The notes under the pieces: generated by a model | Told to the model about the DNA's origin: nothing | What the model saw: only the letters and a program-made list of their open reading frames with translations | Databases searched by the model: none | Translations under genes and position numbers: made by a program | Shown here: in pieces, positions 1 to 8,582 of the stretch | Layout of the letters: each line of letters starts with the position of its first letter | Position numbering within the stretch: the stretch's first letter is position 1 | Source of the DNA: an uncultured Porphyromonadaceae bacterium | GTDB lineage: Bacteria; Bacteroidota; Bacteroidia; Bacteroidales; Muribaculaceae | Length of the DNA stretch: 64,000 nt | Direction: 5' to 3' | Assembly (NCBI GenBank): GCA_945916235.1 | Contig: CAMEGQ010000002.1 | Span: 4,786-68,785, forward strand

Positions 1-915
1 GCCCATCGCCTGCCAGCAGGCATCAAAGCGGTCGGCATCCACAAGATTTTTCATAGCCGAGGCGTCGCCCTCGTCGGCCAGCTGGGCCGAGGTGCTGAAG
101 CTCTCCTGAGTGACTTCGCGCACGCGCGCCGCCAGACCGGCCGCTCCGACCACTATGGCCATAGTTTCGGCGCCGGCAAAGTCGAGCACACTCTGCGAAT
201 CTCCTTCCGATTCGCCGTCGGTATTGGCTGTGATCGACACGCTTTCGATCTTCTGCTCGGAAAGCTGTGTCTCGACGTTGAAAATGCGTATCGACTCTAT
301 ATCGTCGCCGAAAAGGTCGATGCGGTAGGGGAGTTCGCTCGAGAAGCCGAATACGTCGAGAATCGAACCTCGGATAGCGAAATGCCCGGGCTCGAACACA
401 TAGTCCACCTCCTCAAATCCGTTTTCGCGGAGCCAGCGGCGCGTCTGGTCAAGGTCGATCTGCTCGCCGACAGCCAGAGCCAGCGTGTGGCGCTCCAGAT
501 CCTTGCGCGAGGCCACCTTCTCGGCCATAGCTTCGGGATACGACACCACGGCGCGCAGACGCTCGTCGTCGTGCCAGCGGTTGAGCGTCTCGATACGCAT
601 AATCTGCGACGGCGGATCCACGCGGCCGTATTTTATCCCGCGCCGGTAGCCCGACGGGAACATCGACACCGCCTCCTCGCCCATCAGGCGCGAAAGGTCG
701 TGATAGAGATACCCGGCATCGTCGAGCGAATCGGCCACCACCAGCAGCGGCTCTTTGCGCCGGGGCATGGAGGCTATGGCCATAGCTGCCGACGACCCAG
801 ACAGTCCGCGCAATTCCACGCGCGAAGCCTTGGCCTGCGCGGCGGCCGACGCCTTGGCAAGAGCCGACGTGCGGCCCTTGGTGGCGAATATGGTCATAAG
901 CTTTGACAGTTCCAT
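1..915 (-). CDS. mfd: Transcription-repair coupling factor Mfd, N-terminal ~305 codons (gene continues past the left edge)
   Basis: Absent from the ORF track because no stop codon lies in the window. Hand translation of the minus strand from the ATG at 915-913 is open to position 1: MELSKLMTIFATKGRTS..VELRGLSGSSAAMAIASM..GHFAIRGSILDVFGFSSELPYRIDLFGDDIESIRIFNVETQLS. This is the UvrB-homology module typical of Mfd N-termini. The + strand ORFs 110-328 and 382-906 are antisense shadows. Confidence 0.75.
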   Translation of the reverse strand, partial: MELSKLMTIFATKGRTSALAKASAAAQAKASRVELRGLSGSSAAMAIASMPRRKEPLLVVADSLDDAGYLYHDLSRLMGEEAVSMFPSGYRRGIKYGRVDPPSQIMRIETLNRWHDDERLRAVVSYPEAMAEKVASRKDLERHTLALAVGEQIDLDQTRRWLRENGFEEVDYVFEPGHFAIRGSILDVFGFSSELPYRIDLFGDDIESIRIFNVETQLSEQKIESVSITANTDGESEGDSQSVLDFAGAETMAIVVGAAGLAARVREVTQESFSTSAQLADEGDASAMKNLVDADRFDACWQAMG

Positions 916-921
916 CAGCTG

Positions 922-2589
922 TTATTTCCGGGCCTTGGGTTGCAGGATAGATTTGTAGCGCTCGGGGTTATGCAGCACTACGGCAGCCGAATCCAGCGCC
1001 TGGTCGTGCTTGAGCGTCTCGATGATGCTGCCGCGGTCGTAATAGTAGCGCTCAAGAATGTCGGAGGCGAGATACTGGCTGATAATCTGGCGGTTGAAGT
1101 CCAGATCGCGCTGGAGGTCATGGTGGAGTGTCGATTTCAGGGTGTCAAGCTGTGCCTGCACCTGATCGTTGAGATACCCTTCGGTCTTGACAGCCTTCTC
1201 GAGTTGCTCGAGAATCATATCGGTAGTGCGGTCGTATTTGAATTTATCCGGGTCAACGAAGCGCTTGAAGTCGGCATAAATCGAATCGGTGATCACGAAG
1301 TCCTCGGGACGGGCCACTGTGTCGTGCTCAGCCGCATACTTGTTGGCGAAGTCGAAGCTCCAGTTATCGCGCACCACATTGAACACCAGACGGTTCACAT
1401 CGGGATACTCCACATTGACATCTGGGGTGATTCCGCCGCCGTCGCGCACCTCGCGGCCGCCGAGTGTATGCCATACGGTGGTCAGGCTGTCGGGAATGCG
1501 GGCCACAGACCCGTCCTCGTTGCGGCGGCTATAGTCGATGGCCTGAATCAGGCGCCCCGAGGGGATGTAGTATTTTGCCGTGGTAATCTTCAGAAGCCCG
1601 TTGTAGGGGATCTGACGCGTCGACTGCACAAGCCCCTTGCCGTACGACCGCTCGCCTACTATCACGGCGCGGTCGAGATCCTGAAGCGCTCCCGTCACGA
1701 TCTCGGCCGATGAAGCCGACAGTCCGTTGACTATTACAGCCAGCGGGATTTTGGTATCCACGGGGTTCACCGTGGTCTTGTAAACCTTTTCGTTGAGCAG
1801 TCCGCGGCCGCGTGTGCGTACCACTTCAGTGCCCTTAGGCACGAACAGACCCACAATCTTCACGGCGCTCTCAAGCAGTCCGCCGCCATTGCCGCGCATG
1901 TCGAGCACTATCGACTCCACCGCCGGATTCTCCTTCAGAGCCATCAGCGCCTCGCGTGTCTTATCGTATGATTTCTCGTTGAATGTGGTCAGCTGTATGT
2001 AGCCGATGTTCCCATGGTGGACGCCATAGTACGGCACAGGGTCGATCTCTATCTTCTCGCGCGTAATGTCGAACGAGAGGATGGAATCGTCGGTCCACGG
2101 ACGCTTTACGGTCACTTTCACCGTGGTCCCGGCCTGTCCGCGAAGCTTCTTGCTCACCTCGTCGGAGTGGGCGTTGGTGACGGTGTCGCCGTCGATGGTC
2201 AGGAACAGGTCGCCGGGCTTAAGACCCGACAGCTGCGATGGAGTACCTTTACGCGGCTCAGATACGATCACACCCTTGCCCGGACGCTCCTGGATGTAGG
2301 CGCCGATGCCGCCGTATTCGCCCGTAGAGATGGTCAGGAAGTTGTCCTGAGCGCTCTCGGGGATGTATTCGGTGTAAGGGTCGATTTCATCGAGCATGGC
2401 CGCGATGGCCGTGTTCATCGATTTGTCGGCGTCGATGGTATCCACATAGTTGGTCTGAAGGGTCTTGTAGATCGACGTAAAAATGTCGACATTCCTTGAA
2501 ATATCGCTCTTGGAGCTGCGGGTTGCCGCGCCGGTCAGCGCCGTTGCCGCTATTGCTCCGGCAATCAAAAATATAGGTAATCTTCTCAT
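922..2589 (-). CDS. Carboxy-terminal processing (tail-specific) peptidase, family S41
   Basis: 555-aa ORF with an N-terminal signal peptide and a PDZ-like segment (GIGAYI..GVIVSEPRKGTPSQLSGLKPGDLFLTIDG). The S41 core motifs GNGGG, SASSAEI and GERSYGKG are present. Confidence 0.9.
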   Translation of the reverse strand: MRRLPIFLIAGAIAATALTGAATRSSKSDISRNVDIFTSIYKTLQTNYVDTIDADKSMNTAIAAMLDEIDPYTEYIPESAQDNFLTISTGEYGGIGAYIQERPGKGVIVSEPRKGTPSQLSGLKPGDLFLTIDGDTVTNAHSDEVSKKLRGQAGTTVKVTVKRPWTDDSILSFDITREKIEIDPVPYYGVHHGNIGYIQLTTFNEKSYDKTREALMALKENPAVESIVLDMRGNGGGLLESAVKIVGLFVPKGTEVVRTRGRGLLNEKVYKTTVNPVDTKIPLAVIVNGLSASSAEIVTGALQDLDRAVIVGERSYGKGLVQSTRQIPYNGLLKITTAKYYIPSGRLIQAIDYSRRNEDGSVARIPDSLTTVWHTLGGREVRDGGGITPDVNVEYPDVNRLVFNVVRDNWSFDFANKYAAEHDTVARPEDFVITDSIYADFKRFVDPDKFKYDRTTDMILEQLEKAVKTEGYLNDQVQAQLDTLKSTLHHDLQRDLDFNRQIISQYLASDILERYYYDRGSIIETLKHDQALDSAAVVLHNPERYKSILQPKARK

Positions 2590-2771
2590 AAATCTGTCTT
2601 AGTGAGGTCGCCTTCAGGGGCAGCCGGTTATCCCTCCCTTGAATCAGAGAGCGAAGTTAGTCATTATTACAACAACTTTCCCTCTCTTTTGGCCTAAAAA
2701 AACTAAAAGAAGGAGATGCGTCCGATTTTCTCCATTTTTAGCAAAAACTCTCCCAAATTGGCATAGTTAGT

Positions 2772-2816
2772 CTTATTGGCCTTATTGACTTTATTGACCT
2801 TATTGGGATTATTGGG
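2772..2816. repeat. 9-bp tandem repeat, 5 units (cttattggc/cttattgac/tttattgac/cttattggg/attattggg)
   Basis: Read directly in the divergent intergenic region between the S41 peptidase and the NSS transporter. It generates the artefactual LLTLLTLLGLLG N-terminal extension of ORF 2776-4302. Confidence 0.9.
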
Positions 2817-2862
2817 GCCATCTATTCTTTTTCAATCTGTTCGCTATTTTCCAAATTTATAC

Positions 2863-2870
2863 TATCTTTG
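2863..2870 (+). promoter_or_regulatory. Candidate Bacteroidota -7 promoter box (TAtcTTTG) for the NSS transporter
   Basis: Matches the TAnnTTTG consensus of Bacteroides sigma-A promoters, 68 nt upstream of the ATG at 2938. No clean -33 TTTG was seen. Confidence 0.4.
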
Positions 2871-2937
2871 CCCCTCAAGCGAACCTTCCTCACTCTCTTT
2901 CGCGGTTTACTTACGATTTGTAACCAATCTGTATCTA

Positions 2938-4302
2938 ATGGCTTCCAGAACGGAATTTGCGAGCAAGTTAGGTCTAATTGCCGCAACAGTAGGCTCGGCC
3001 GTAGGGCTGGGCAATGTATGGCGCTTCCCCGCCGAGACTCAGGCCAACGGCGGCGCCACCTTCCTCCTCCTCTATATCGTATGTACACTGCTGCTGGGCA
3101 TCCCCGTGATGCTCGGCGAATTCGTGCTTGGCCGCGGCGGGCGCTCCGACGCTATCGGAGTGTTCCGCAAGCTCTCGCCGGGTAAAAAGTGGTGGCTGGC
3201 CGGAGCCGGCGGCATCCTCGCCTCCTATCTGATTGTAATCTTCTACATGGTGGTAGCCGGATGGACTCTGGAATACCTCGTTGGCTCGCTCACCGGACAA
3301 TTCTACACTTCGTGGGGCCTCGCTCCAGCCGGCGAAGACAAGTCGCAATATCTCGCCACCATGACCGAGATGGTCACCGGCGTCTGGCCTCCGATCCTCG
3401 CCACTGCCGCCGTCATCGCCATCAACATCGCCATCCTGCTGCGCGGAGTGCAGAAAGGGATTGAGCGCCTGAGCAATGTGCTGATGCCGCTGCTGTTCGT
3501 TATCCTTCTGATAATGTGCGCTGTATCGCTCACGCTGCCTGAAGCTGCCGACGGAGTGGCCTTCTTTCTGAAGCCCGATTTCTCAAAAGTGACACCACTG
3601 GCGGTAATGGATGCCCTGGGTCAGACCTTCTTCTCGCTCTCGCTGGGAATGGGAATCCTCATCACCTACGCCTCCTACTATCCCATCACCACCAACCTGC
3701 CGCGCACGTCGCTCACCGTGGTGCTCCTGTCGCTGATGGTGGCCCTGCTCATGGGGCTGGTCATCTTCCCCGCCGTCACCTCCTTCGGCCTGCAGGACGA
3801 GAGCCTCGAAGGAGCCACGCTCATCTTTGTCACGCTCCCGCAAGTGTTCGGCCATCTGCCGCTGTCGTGGCTCTGGTCGGCCCTGTTCTTCATTCTGCTG
3901 CTGGTAGCGGCCATCACCTCCACCGTATCGCTCTCGGAGGTAGCCATCGCCTTCATGTGCGACACATTCGGTCTCTCGCGCCGCCGGGCCGTGCTGCTGG
4001 CGCTCTGCCCGATGTTTATCCTCAGCAGCATCTGCTCGCTGTCGATGGGTCCGCTCAACGATGTTCGCCTGCTTGGCATGAACATGTTCGACCTGCTTGA
4101 TAACTTCGCCACCAACATCCTGCTCCCTCTGGTCGCCATCAGTACCTGCATCTACCTCGGCTGGTTTGCCCCAAAAACGCTTCTGCGCGAACAGCTCACC
4201 AACGAAGGCAAACTCCGCTCGCACCTCGTCAAGCCCGTCGCCTTCATCCTCCGCTGGGTGGCCCCCGCCCTCATCCTCCTTATCCTCCTCGGAAACCTGT
4301 AA
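2938..4302 (+). CDS. Sodium-dependent transporter, neurotransmitter:sodium symporter (NSS/SNF) family
   Basis: The GLGNVWRFP motif lies near the N-terminus, followed by about 11-12 hydrophobic spans. The start is placed at the internal ATG at 2938 (MASRTEFASKLGLIAATVGSAVGLGNVWRFP) because the longer ORF runs through the 9-bp repeat. Confidence 0.9.
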   Translation: MASRTEFASKLGLIAATVGSAVGLGNVWRFPAETQANGGATFLLLYIVCTLLLGIPVMLGEFVLGRGGRSDAIGVFRKLSPGKKWWLAGAGGILASYLIVIFYMVVAGWTLEYLVGSLTGQFYTSWGLAPAGEDKSQYLATMTEMVTGVWPPILATAAVIAINIAILLRGVQKGIERLSNVLMPLLFVILLIMCAVSLTLPEAADGVAFFLKPDFSKVTPLAVMDALGQTFFSLSLGMGILITYASYYPITTNLPRTSLTVVLLSLMVALLMGLVIFPAVTSFGLQDESLEGATLIFVTLPQVFGHLPLSWLWSALFFILLLVAAITSTVSLSEVAIAFMCDTFGLSRRRAVLLALCPMFILSSICSLSMGPLNDVRLLGMNMFDLLDNFATNILLPLVAISTCIYLGWFAPKTLLREQLTNEGKLRSHLVKPVAFILRWVAPALILLILLGNL

Positions 4303-4470
4303 AAAGCTTACCTAAGTCAAAATTGCATTCGGCTTTGCAAACTCAAAGCGTAGATTCCGCCAAAAAGCTACCTTAGCTGCAAAAAATATCTTATGCGACA
4401 TGAAAGACCCTGTCTGCAGCGGAGCTAAGATTGGCCGAACGGGGGATTTTGCTTAAATTTGCGGGTGAAG

Positions 4471-5316
4471 ATGATGGAAAGTATGGCAACGAAACATACC
4501 GAAACTGGCGCTTGCGGCGGGATGAAGCTGGAGGGCTTTGGCGTGGGATACGGGGAGCGCCGGCTTCTCAGAGCGGTCGATGCGCAGTTTGAGGCCGGCG
4601 AGCTGACAGCGCTCATCGGGCGCAACGGAGCGGGAAAGTCAACGCTTCTCAGGGCTATGGCCGGGCTGAATCCGCGCTATGAGGGCAAAATCCTTATTGC
4701 TGCCGGCGAGCCGGGCCGGGGCGCCTCTGCTACCCGGACTTGGCAGGAACTGCGCGAAATGGGCCCGGGCGAGATGGCCCGCTGTCTGGCTTTCGTGAAC
4801 ACGGAGCGCACGAGAATCCCTAACCTCAGATGCGAGGATGTGGTGGCTCTGGGGCGCGCGCCTTACACCAACTGGATCGGAAGGCTTGAGGGCGACGACC
4901 GGCGCATCGTGTCCGAGGCGCTGGAAGCTGTAGGAATGGGCGCTTACGCCCGCCGCACGATGGATACGATGAGCGACGGCGAGTGTCAGCGTGTGATGAT
5001 AGCGCGCGCGCTGGCTCAGGATACTCCGGTGATTCTGCTCGACGAGCCAACATCTTTTCTGGATATGCCCAACCGCTACGAGCTTGTGGCGCTGCTCCGG
5101 CGGCTGGTGCGCGACAGCGGCAAATGTGTGATTTTTTCCACTCACGAGCTCGATATTGCCATGAGCCTGTGCGACCGTGTGGCGCTGATTGACTCTCCCA
5201 ATCTGAGGGTGCTTCCTACCGGAGAGATGAAGCGCAGCGGATATGTGGAAAAGCTTTTCCAGAACGATTGTGTGCGCTTCGATGCCCTGACGGGCCGCGT
5301 GGAGCTGATTGAGTAA
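4471..5316 (+). CDS. ABC transporter ATP-binding protein (FepC/BtuD iron-siderophore/cobalamin type), no cognate permease in window
   Basis: Walker A GRNGAGKST, signature MSDGECQR and Walker B VILLDEPTSFLD are present. The start is uncertain (ATG 4471 or 4522). A TAaaTTTG box lies at 4454-4461. Confidence 0.8.
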   Translation: MMESMATKHTETGACGGMKLEGFGVGYGERRLLRAVDAQFEAGELTALIGRNGAGKSTLLRAMAGLNPRYEGKILIAAGEPGRGASATRTWQELREMGPGEMARCLAFVNTERTRIPNLRCEDVVALGRAPYTNWIGRLEGDDRRIVSEALEAVGMGAYARRTMDTMSDGECQRVMIARALAQDTPVILLDEPTSFLDMPNRYELVALLRRLVRDSGKCVIFSTHELDIAMSLCDRVALIDSPNLRVLPTGEMKRSGYVEKLFQNDCVRFDALTGRVELIE

Positions 5317-5349
5317 ATCGAAAAGTTGGACACACCGGGAAGAAATGGT

Positions 5350-5357
5350 TAACTTTG
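5350..5357 (+). promoter_or_regulatory. Candidate -7 promoter box (TAacTTTG) for the SpoU/TrmH gene
   Basis: Matches TAnnTTTG, 47 nt upstream of the ATG at 5404. Confidence 0.4.
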
Positions 5358-5403
5358 CGCCGGGAAAATCTTATTTTGACTTACTTATCCAAGAGCCTGA
5401 CTG

Positions 5404-5931
5404 ATGAAGAAGAAAACGATATGGGAGATGGGGCGCGATAGCGTGGAGCAATACAGGCGGAAAGGGAAGTTGCCGCTGGTTGTAGTGCTCGATAATGTGC
5501 GCTCGCTCAATAATATAGGTTCGATTTTCCGCACATCGGACGCTTTCCGTGTGGAGCGTATCTGCCTGTGTGGCATTTCCGCCACTCCACCTTCGCCTGA
5601 AATCCACAAGACGGCTCTCGGCGCCGAGGACTCCGTGGCGTGGAGCTATTTCCCTGACACTATGGAGGCCGTGGCGGCGCTGAAAGAGGCGGGCTACACC
5701 ATTTGCGCCCTCGAGCAGGTCAACGGATCGGTGGCGCTCGACCGGTTTGAGCCATCGCCGCAGCAACGTTATGCTGTCGTAGCCGGCCACGAGGTCGACG
5801 GGGTGGCTCAGGAGGTAGTCGATGCGGCCGATGTGTGTCTGGAAATCCCTCAGGAGGGGACGAAACATTCGCTCAATGTGGCTGTCAGCACCGCCTTAGC
5901 CATCTGGCAATTCTACCTGAAGCTCCGCTGA
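5404..5931 (+). CDS. SpoU/TrmH-family RNA 2'-O-methyltransferase
   Basis: 175 aa with NIGSIFRTSDAF and the C-terminal knot motif LEIPQEGTKHSLNVAVSTALAIW characteristic of SPOUT methyltransferases. Confidence 0.85.
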   Translation: MKKKTIWEMGRDSVEQYRRKGKLPLVVVLDNVRSLNNIGSIFRTSDAFRVERICLCGISATPPSPEIHKTALGAEDSVAWSYFPDTMEAVAALKEAGYTICALEQVNGSVALDRFEPSPQQRYAVVAGHEVDGVAQEVVDAADVCLEIPQEGTKHSLNVAVSTALAIWQFYLKLR

Positions 5932-5952
5932 CACTTTCAGCAAACAGAAATA

Positions 5953-5993
5953 ATGCAACAAATGCGGATTTAACCCATTTGTTGCATTTTTTG
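5953..5993 (+). terminator. Rho-independent terminator after the SpoU/TrmH gene
   Basis: Perfect 12-bp stem atgcaacaaatg/catttgttgcat with a 12-nt loop, followed by TTTTT. Confidence 0.65.
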
Positions 5994-6113
5994 CTATTAT
6001 GCCTCTGCAAAAGATGCTTCATAAGCAGTAATTTTGCGTCATAGAAAACCTATTACCTGAAAAACATGGAAAGAAAAATCTTTGCATTTGGGATTCCTCA
6101 TAAGAGAAAAACT

Positions 6114-6806
6114 TCAATCAATCCGTTGTGGCTGGTGGGGGCGGGGGTTGGGGATGATGAATTCGGTCTTGTCGGGCATGTTGGTGTTGCTGACGCGGAT
6201 GCGCAGGGCGGACACGTTGGGATACGACCATAGGTTAGCTACCCGGTAGGCGGTATAATACTCCTGCATGTAGCTGTCGGCCGGCTGTGTGATCTTGTGA
6301 TAAAGGTAAGCTGTCGGGATTTCGTCGCCGAGTGTTGACTCATCGACAATCAGGCGGTAATAACGCGGGGCAGGGCTATGCTCGATTTTCGCACGGACGA
6401 TTACGTAATCTCCTGCGCGCCAGAGGCTCATAAGCCATACGCCGTCGGTGTCCCACCCGGTCAGGTTTTCGGGGACGGCCTTCATCAGATTGGTAGTGGT
6501 GATGGGTGCGTATTGCCTGAGGGTGATGTCGGTGGTGGTGTAAGCTTTCCCGTTGGTGGGGATGTAACGGATCATGGCGCATTTGCCTGGCTCCATCCCT
6601 TTCAGGGTCTGCCCGCGTGCTGTCAGCACAGCTGCCTCTTCGGCATCGGGCAGATAGACACGGAACACGGCTCCCGGCTCGCTGTTGCTGACAAGTTCGG
6701 CGATATCGTAGAGTGTCTGGGGCTGCGGCTCGTCGTTTTCGTCGCGGCAAGAAGGGAATATCAGGAGCGAAACTATCAGCAGAAGCGGGAGGTATAGCTG
6801 TTTCAT
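6114..6806 (-). CDS. Lipoprotein, possibly NigD-like
   Basis: Start chosen at MKQLYLPLLLIVSLLIFPSC (lipobox Cys). The size (~230 aa) and the two-beta-domain feel resemble Bacteroides NigD-like proteins. The family call rests on recollection only. Confidence 0.5.
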   Translation of the reverse strand: MKQLYLPLLLIVSLLIFPSCRDENDEPQPQTLYDIAELVSNSEPGAVFRVYLPDAEEAAVLTARGQTLKGMEPGKCAMIRYIPTNGKAYTTTDITLRQYAPITTTNLMKAVPENLTGWDTDGVWLMSLWRAGDYVIVRAKIEHSPAPRYYRLIVDESTLGDEIPTAYLYHKITQPADSYMQEYYTAYRVANLWSYPNVSALRIRVSNTNMPDKTEFIIPNPRPHQPQRID

Positions 6807-6857
6807 GATGGATAAGTCGGTGAGGGAACGGCCTGAGGGCCAACGCATTGACGGCGG

Positions 6858-7511
6858 TCAGGGGATTATGAGGCCGTCGGCCATGTGGATGGTGCGGTCG
6901 CACAGCCCGGCGAGCGATTCGTCGTGGGTTACGATTACGAAAGTCTGTCCGAAGTCGCGGCGCAGATTGAAGAAGAGACGGTGGAGTTCGCGGCGGTTGT
7001 TGCTGTCGAGACTGCCGGAGGGCTCGTCGGCAAGGATTACCGACGGACGGTTGACCAGAGCGCGGGCCACTGCCGCACGCTGACATTCGCCTCCTGAAAG
7101 CTCGTTGGGCCGATGCGAGGCGCGGTCGGCAAGCCCCAGATAATCAATCAGCTCCATGGCGCGGGCGAAGGCGTCCTTGCGTTTGGCGCCGCCTATCAGC
7201 GCCGGCATGGCCACATTCTCCATCATCGAGAATTCGGGCAGAAGCTGATGAAACTGGAATACGAATCCTATCTCACAATTGCGAAATGCGGCCAGACGCC
7301 GCCCCGTGAGGGCTGTGGCGTCGATACCGCCTATTTCCACTTTGCCGGCATCGGGGCGCTCGAGAGTGCCGAGAATCTGCAGCAGGGTGGTCTTTCCGGC
7401 TCCGGAGGGGCCGACGATGCTCACCACTTCGCCGCGGCCGACCGCGAGGTCGACTCCGTGGAGCGCCTCGAGAGTGCCGTAACTTTTCCTGATTCCGGTG
7501 GCCTTGAGCAT
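6858..7511 (-). CDS. ABC transporter ATP-binding protein, LolD/MacB-type
   Basis: Walker [10 protein letters not shown], signature LSGGECQR and Walker [12 protein letters not shown] are present. The 217-aa length is typical of LolD/FtsE-like ATPases. Confidence 0.85.
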   Translation of the reverse strand: MLKATGIRKSYGTLEALHGVDLAVGRGEVVSIVGPSGAGKTTLLQILGTLERPDAGKVEIGGIDATALTGRRLAAFRNCEIGFVFQFHQLLPEFSMMENVAMPALIGGAKRKDAFARAMELIDYLGLADRASHRPNELSGGECQRAAVARALVNRPSVILADEPSGSLDSNNRRELHRLFFNLRRDFGQTFVIVTHDESLAGLCDRTIHMADGLIIP

Positions 7512-7555
7512 GGCTTTCTGGGGTTAAATGTATGAGGACTCCCTGCGGCGGGGCG

Positions 7556-8563
7556 TCAGCCGAGTTGCTCGGCGATGGCGGCGATGGCGCGGTCGGCGCG
7601 TACCCGGCGGTAGATGATGTCGTAGACCGCCTCGGCGATGGGCATGGCCACCTGATAGCGCTCGTTGATCTCGTGGATACATTTGCAGCCGTAGTAGCCT
7701 TCGGCTGTCTGCTCCATCTCCATCTTGGCGGCATTGACCGAATATCCATTGCCGATCATAGAGCCGAAGTTGTGGTTGCGGCTGAACCGGGAGTAGGCAG
7801 TGACCAGAAGGTCCCCTAAGTAGACGCTGTCGCAGATGTGGCGCGGACGCGGATTCACGGCGTCGAGGAAATGCTCCATCTCGCGGATGGCGTTCGACAC
7901 GAGCATGGCCAGGAAATTGTCGCCCTTCTTCATGCCGTGGACGATGCCTGCGGCGATGGCGTAGACGTTTTTCAACACTCCGGCATATTCCACACCGTCG
8001 ACGTCGGTGGTGGGGATGGCGTGGCAGTTTTTGGCGCCGCACAGAGCCAGACCGAAGCGGTTGGAGGCGACGATATCCTTACATCCGATGGTCAGGTAGG
8101 TGGGGCGGTCGAGCGCCACCTCCTCGGCGTGACAAGGGCCGCTGACTACCAGCAGATGGTCGTCGGCGACGTGGAATTTGTCGCGCATATAGTCGGTGAT
8201 GAGGATGTTGTCGTCGGGAACTATACCTTTCACAGCCGATACCACAAATTTTTTGCTGATGTCGACGGTGAGTTTTTCCAGATGGCTTTTGAAGTAAGGC
8301 GACGGCATCACCAGCAGCAGGGTATCGGCTTCGGAGGCGATATAGTTTATATCGGAAGAGAATTCGATACGCTGCACGTCGAATTGCACGTCGGTGAGGT
8401 AAGCCGGGTTGTGGCCCAGGCGCTGGAACTCCTCGATGCGGTCGTCGCGGCGCATATACCACAGTATGGTGTCGCGATTGCTAAGCAGAAGCTTGGCCAG
8501 CGCTGTGGCCCAGCTGCCGCCGCCCATCACGGCTACTTTCCCGGGGAAATCTTTGGGTAACAT
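7556..8563 (-). CDS. gpsA: NAD(P)H-dependent glycerol-3-phosphate dehydrogenase
   Basis: 335 aa with the N-terminal Rossmann motif VAVMGGGSWATALAKLL and the GpsA core ..GLKNVYAIAAGI.. / ..TAEGY... Confidence 0.9.
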   Translation of the reverse strand: MLPKDFPGKVAVMGGGSWATALAKLLLSNRDTILWYMRRDDRIEEFQRLGHNPAYLTDVQFDVQRIEFSSDINYIASEADTLLLVMPSPYFKSHLEKLTVDISKKFVVSAVKGIVPDDNILITDYMRDKFHVADDHLLVVSGPCHAEEVALDRPTYLTIGCKDIVASNRFGLALCGAKNCHAIPTTDVDGVEYAGVLKNVYAIAAGIVHGMKKGDNFLAMLVSNAIREMEHFLDAVNPRPRHICDSVYLGDLLVTAYSRFSRNHNFGSMIGNGYSVNAAKMEMEQTAEGYYGCKCIHEINERYQVAMPIAEAVYDIIYRRVRADRAIAAIAEQLG

Positions 8564-8582
8564 AATTGCAGAGATTATGATT

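Noticed and set aside
2772-2816. Whether the short tandem repeats (2772-2816, 21383-21427) could be a degenerate CRISPR array.
   Set aside because: The units are 9 bp and contiguous with no spacers, and no cas genes are present in the window. They are microsatellite-like, not CRISPR.
2776-2937. N-terminal extension of the NSS transporter ORF (MALLTLLTLLGLLGPS...).
   Set aside because: The extension is generated by translating the 9-bp tandem repeat and the promoter region, and it contains the TAtcTTTG box. The conserved NSS N-terminus begins right after the ATG at 2938.
6376-7086. 236-aa minus-strand ORF overlapping both the NigD-like gene and the LolD-like gene.
   Set aside because: It is in an alternative frame with an Arg/Pro/His-rich product. 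The two in-frame genes have a lipoprotein signal and complete ABC motifs respectively.
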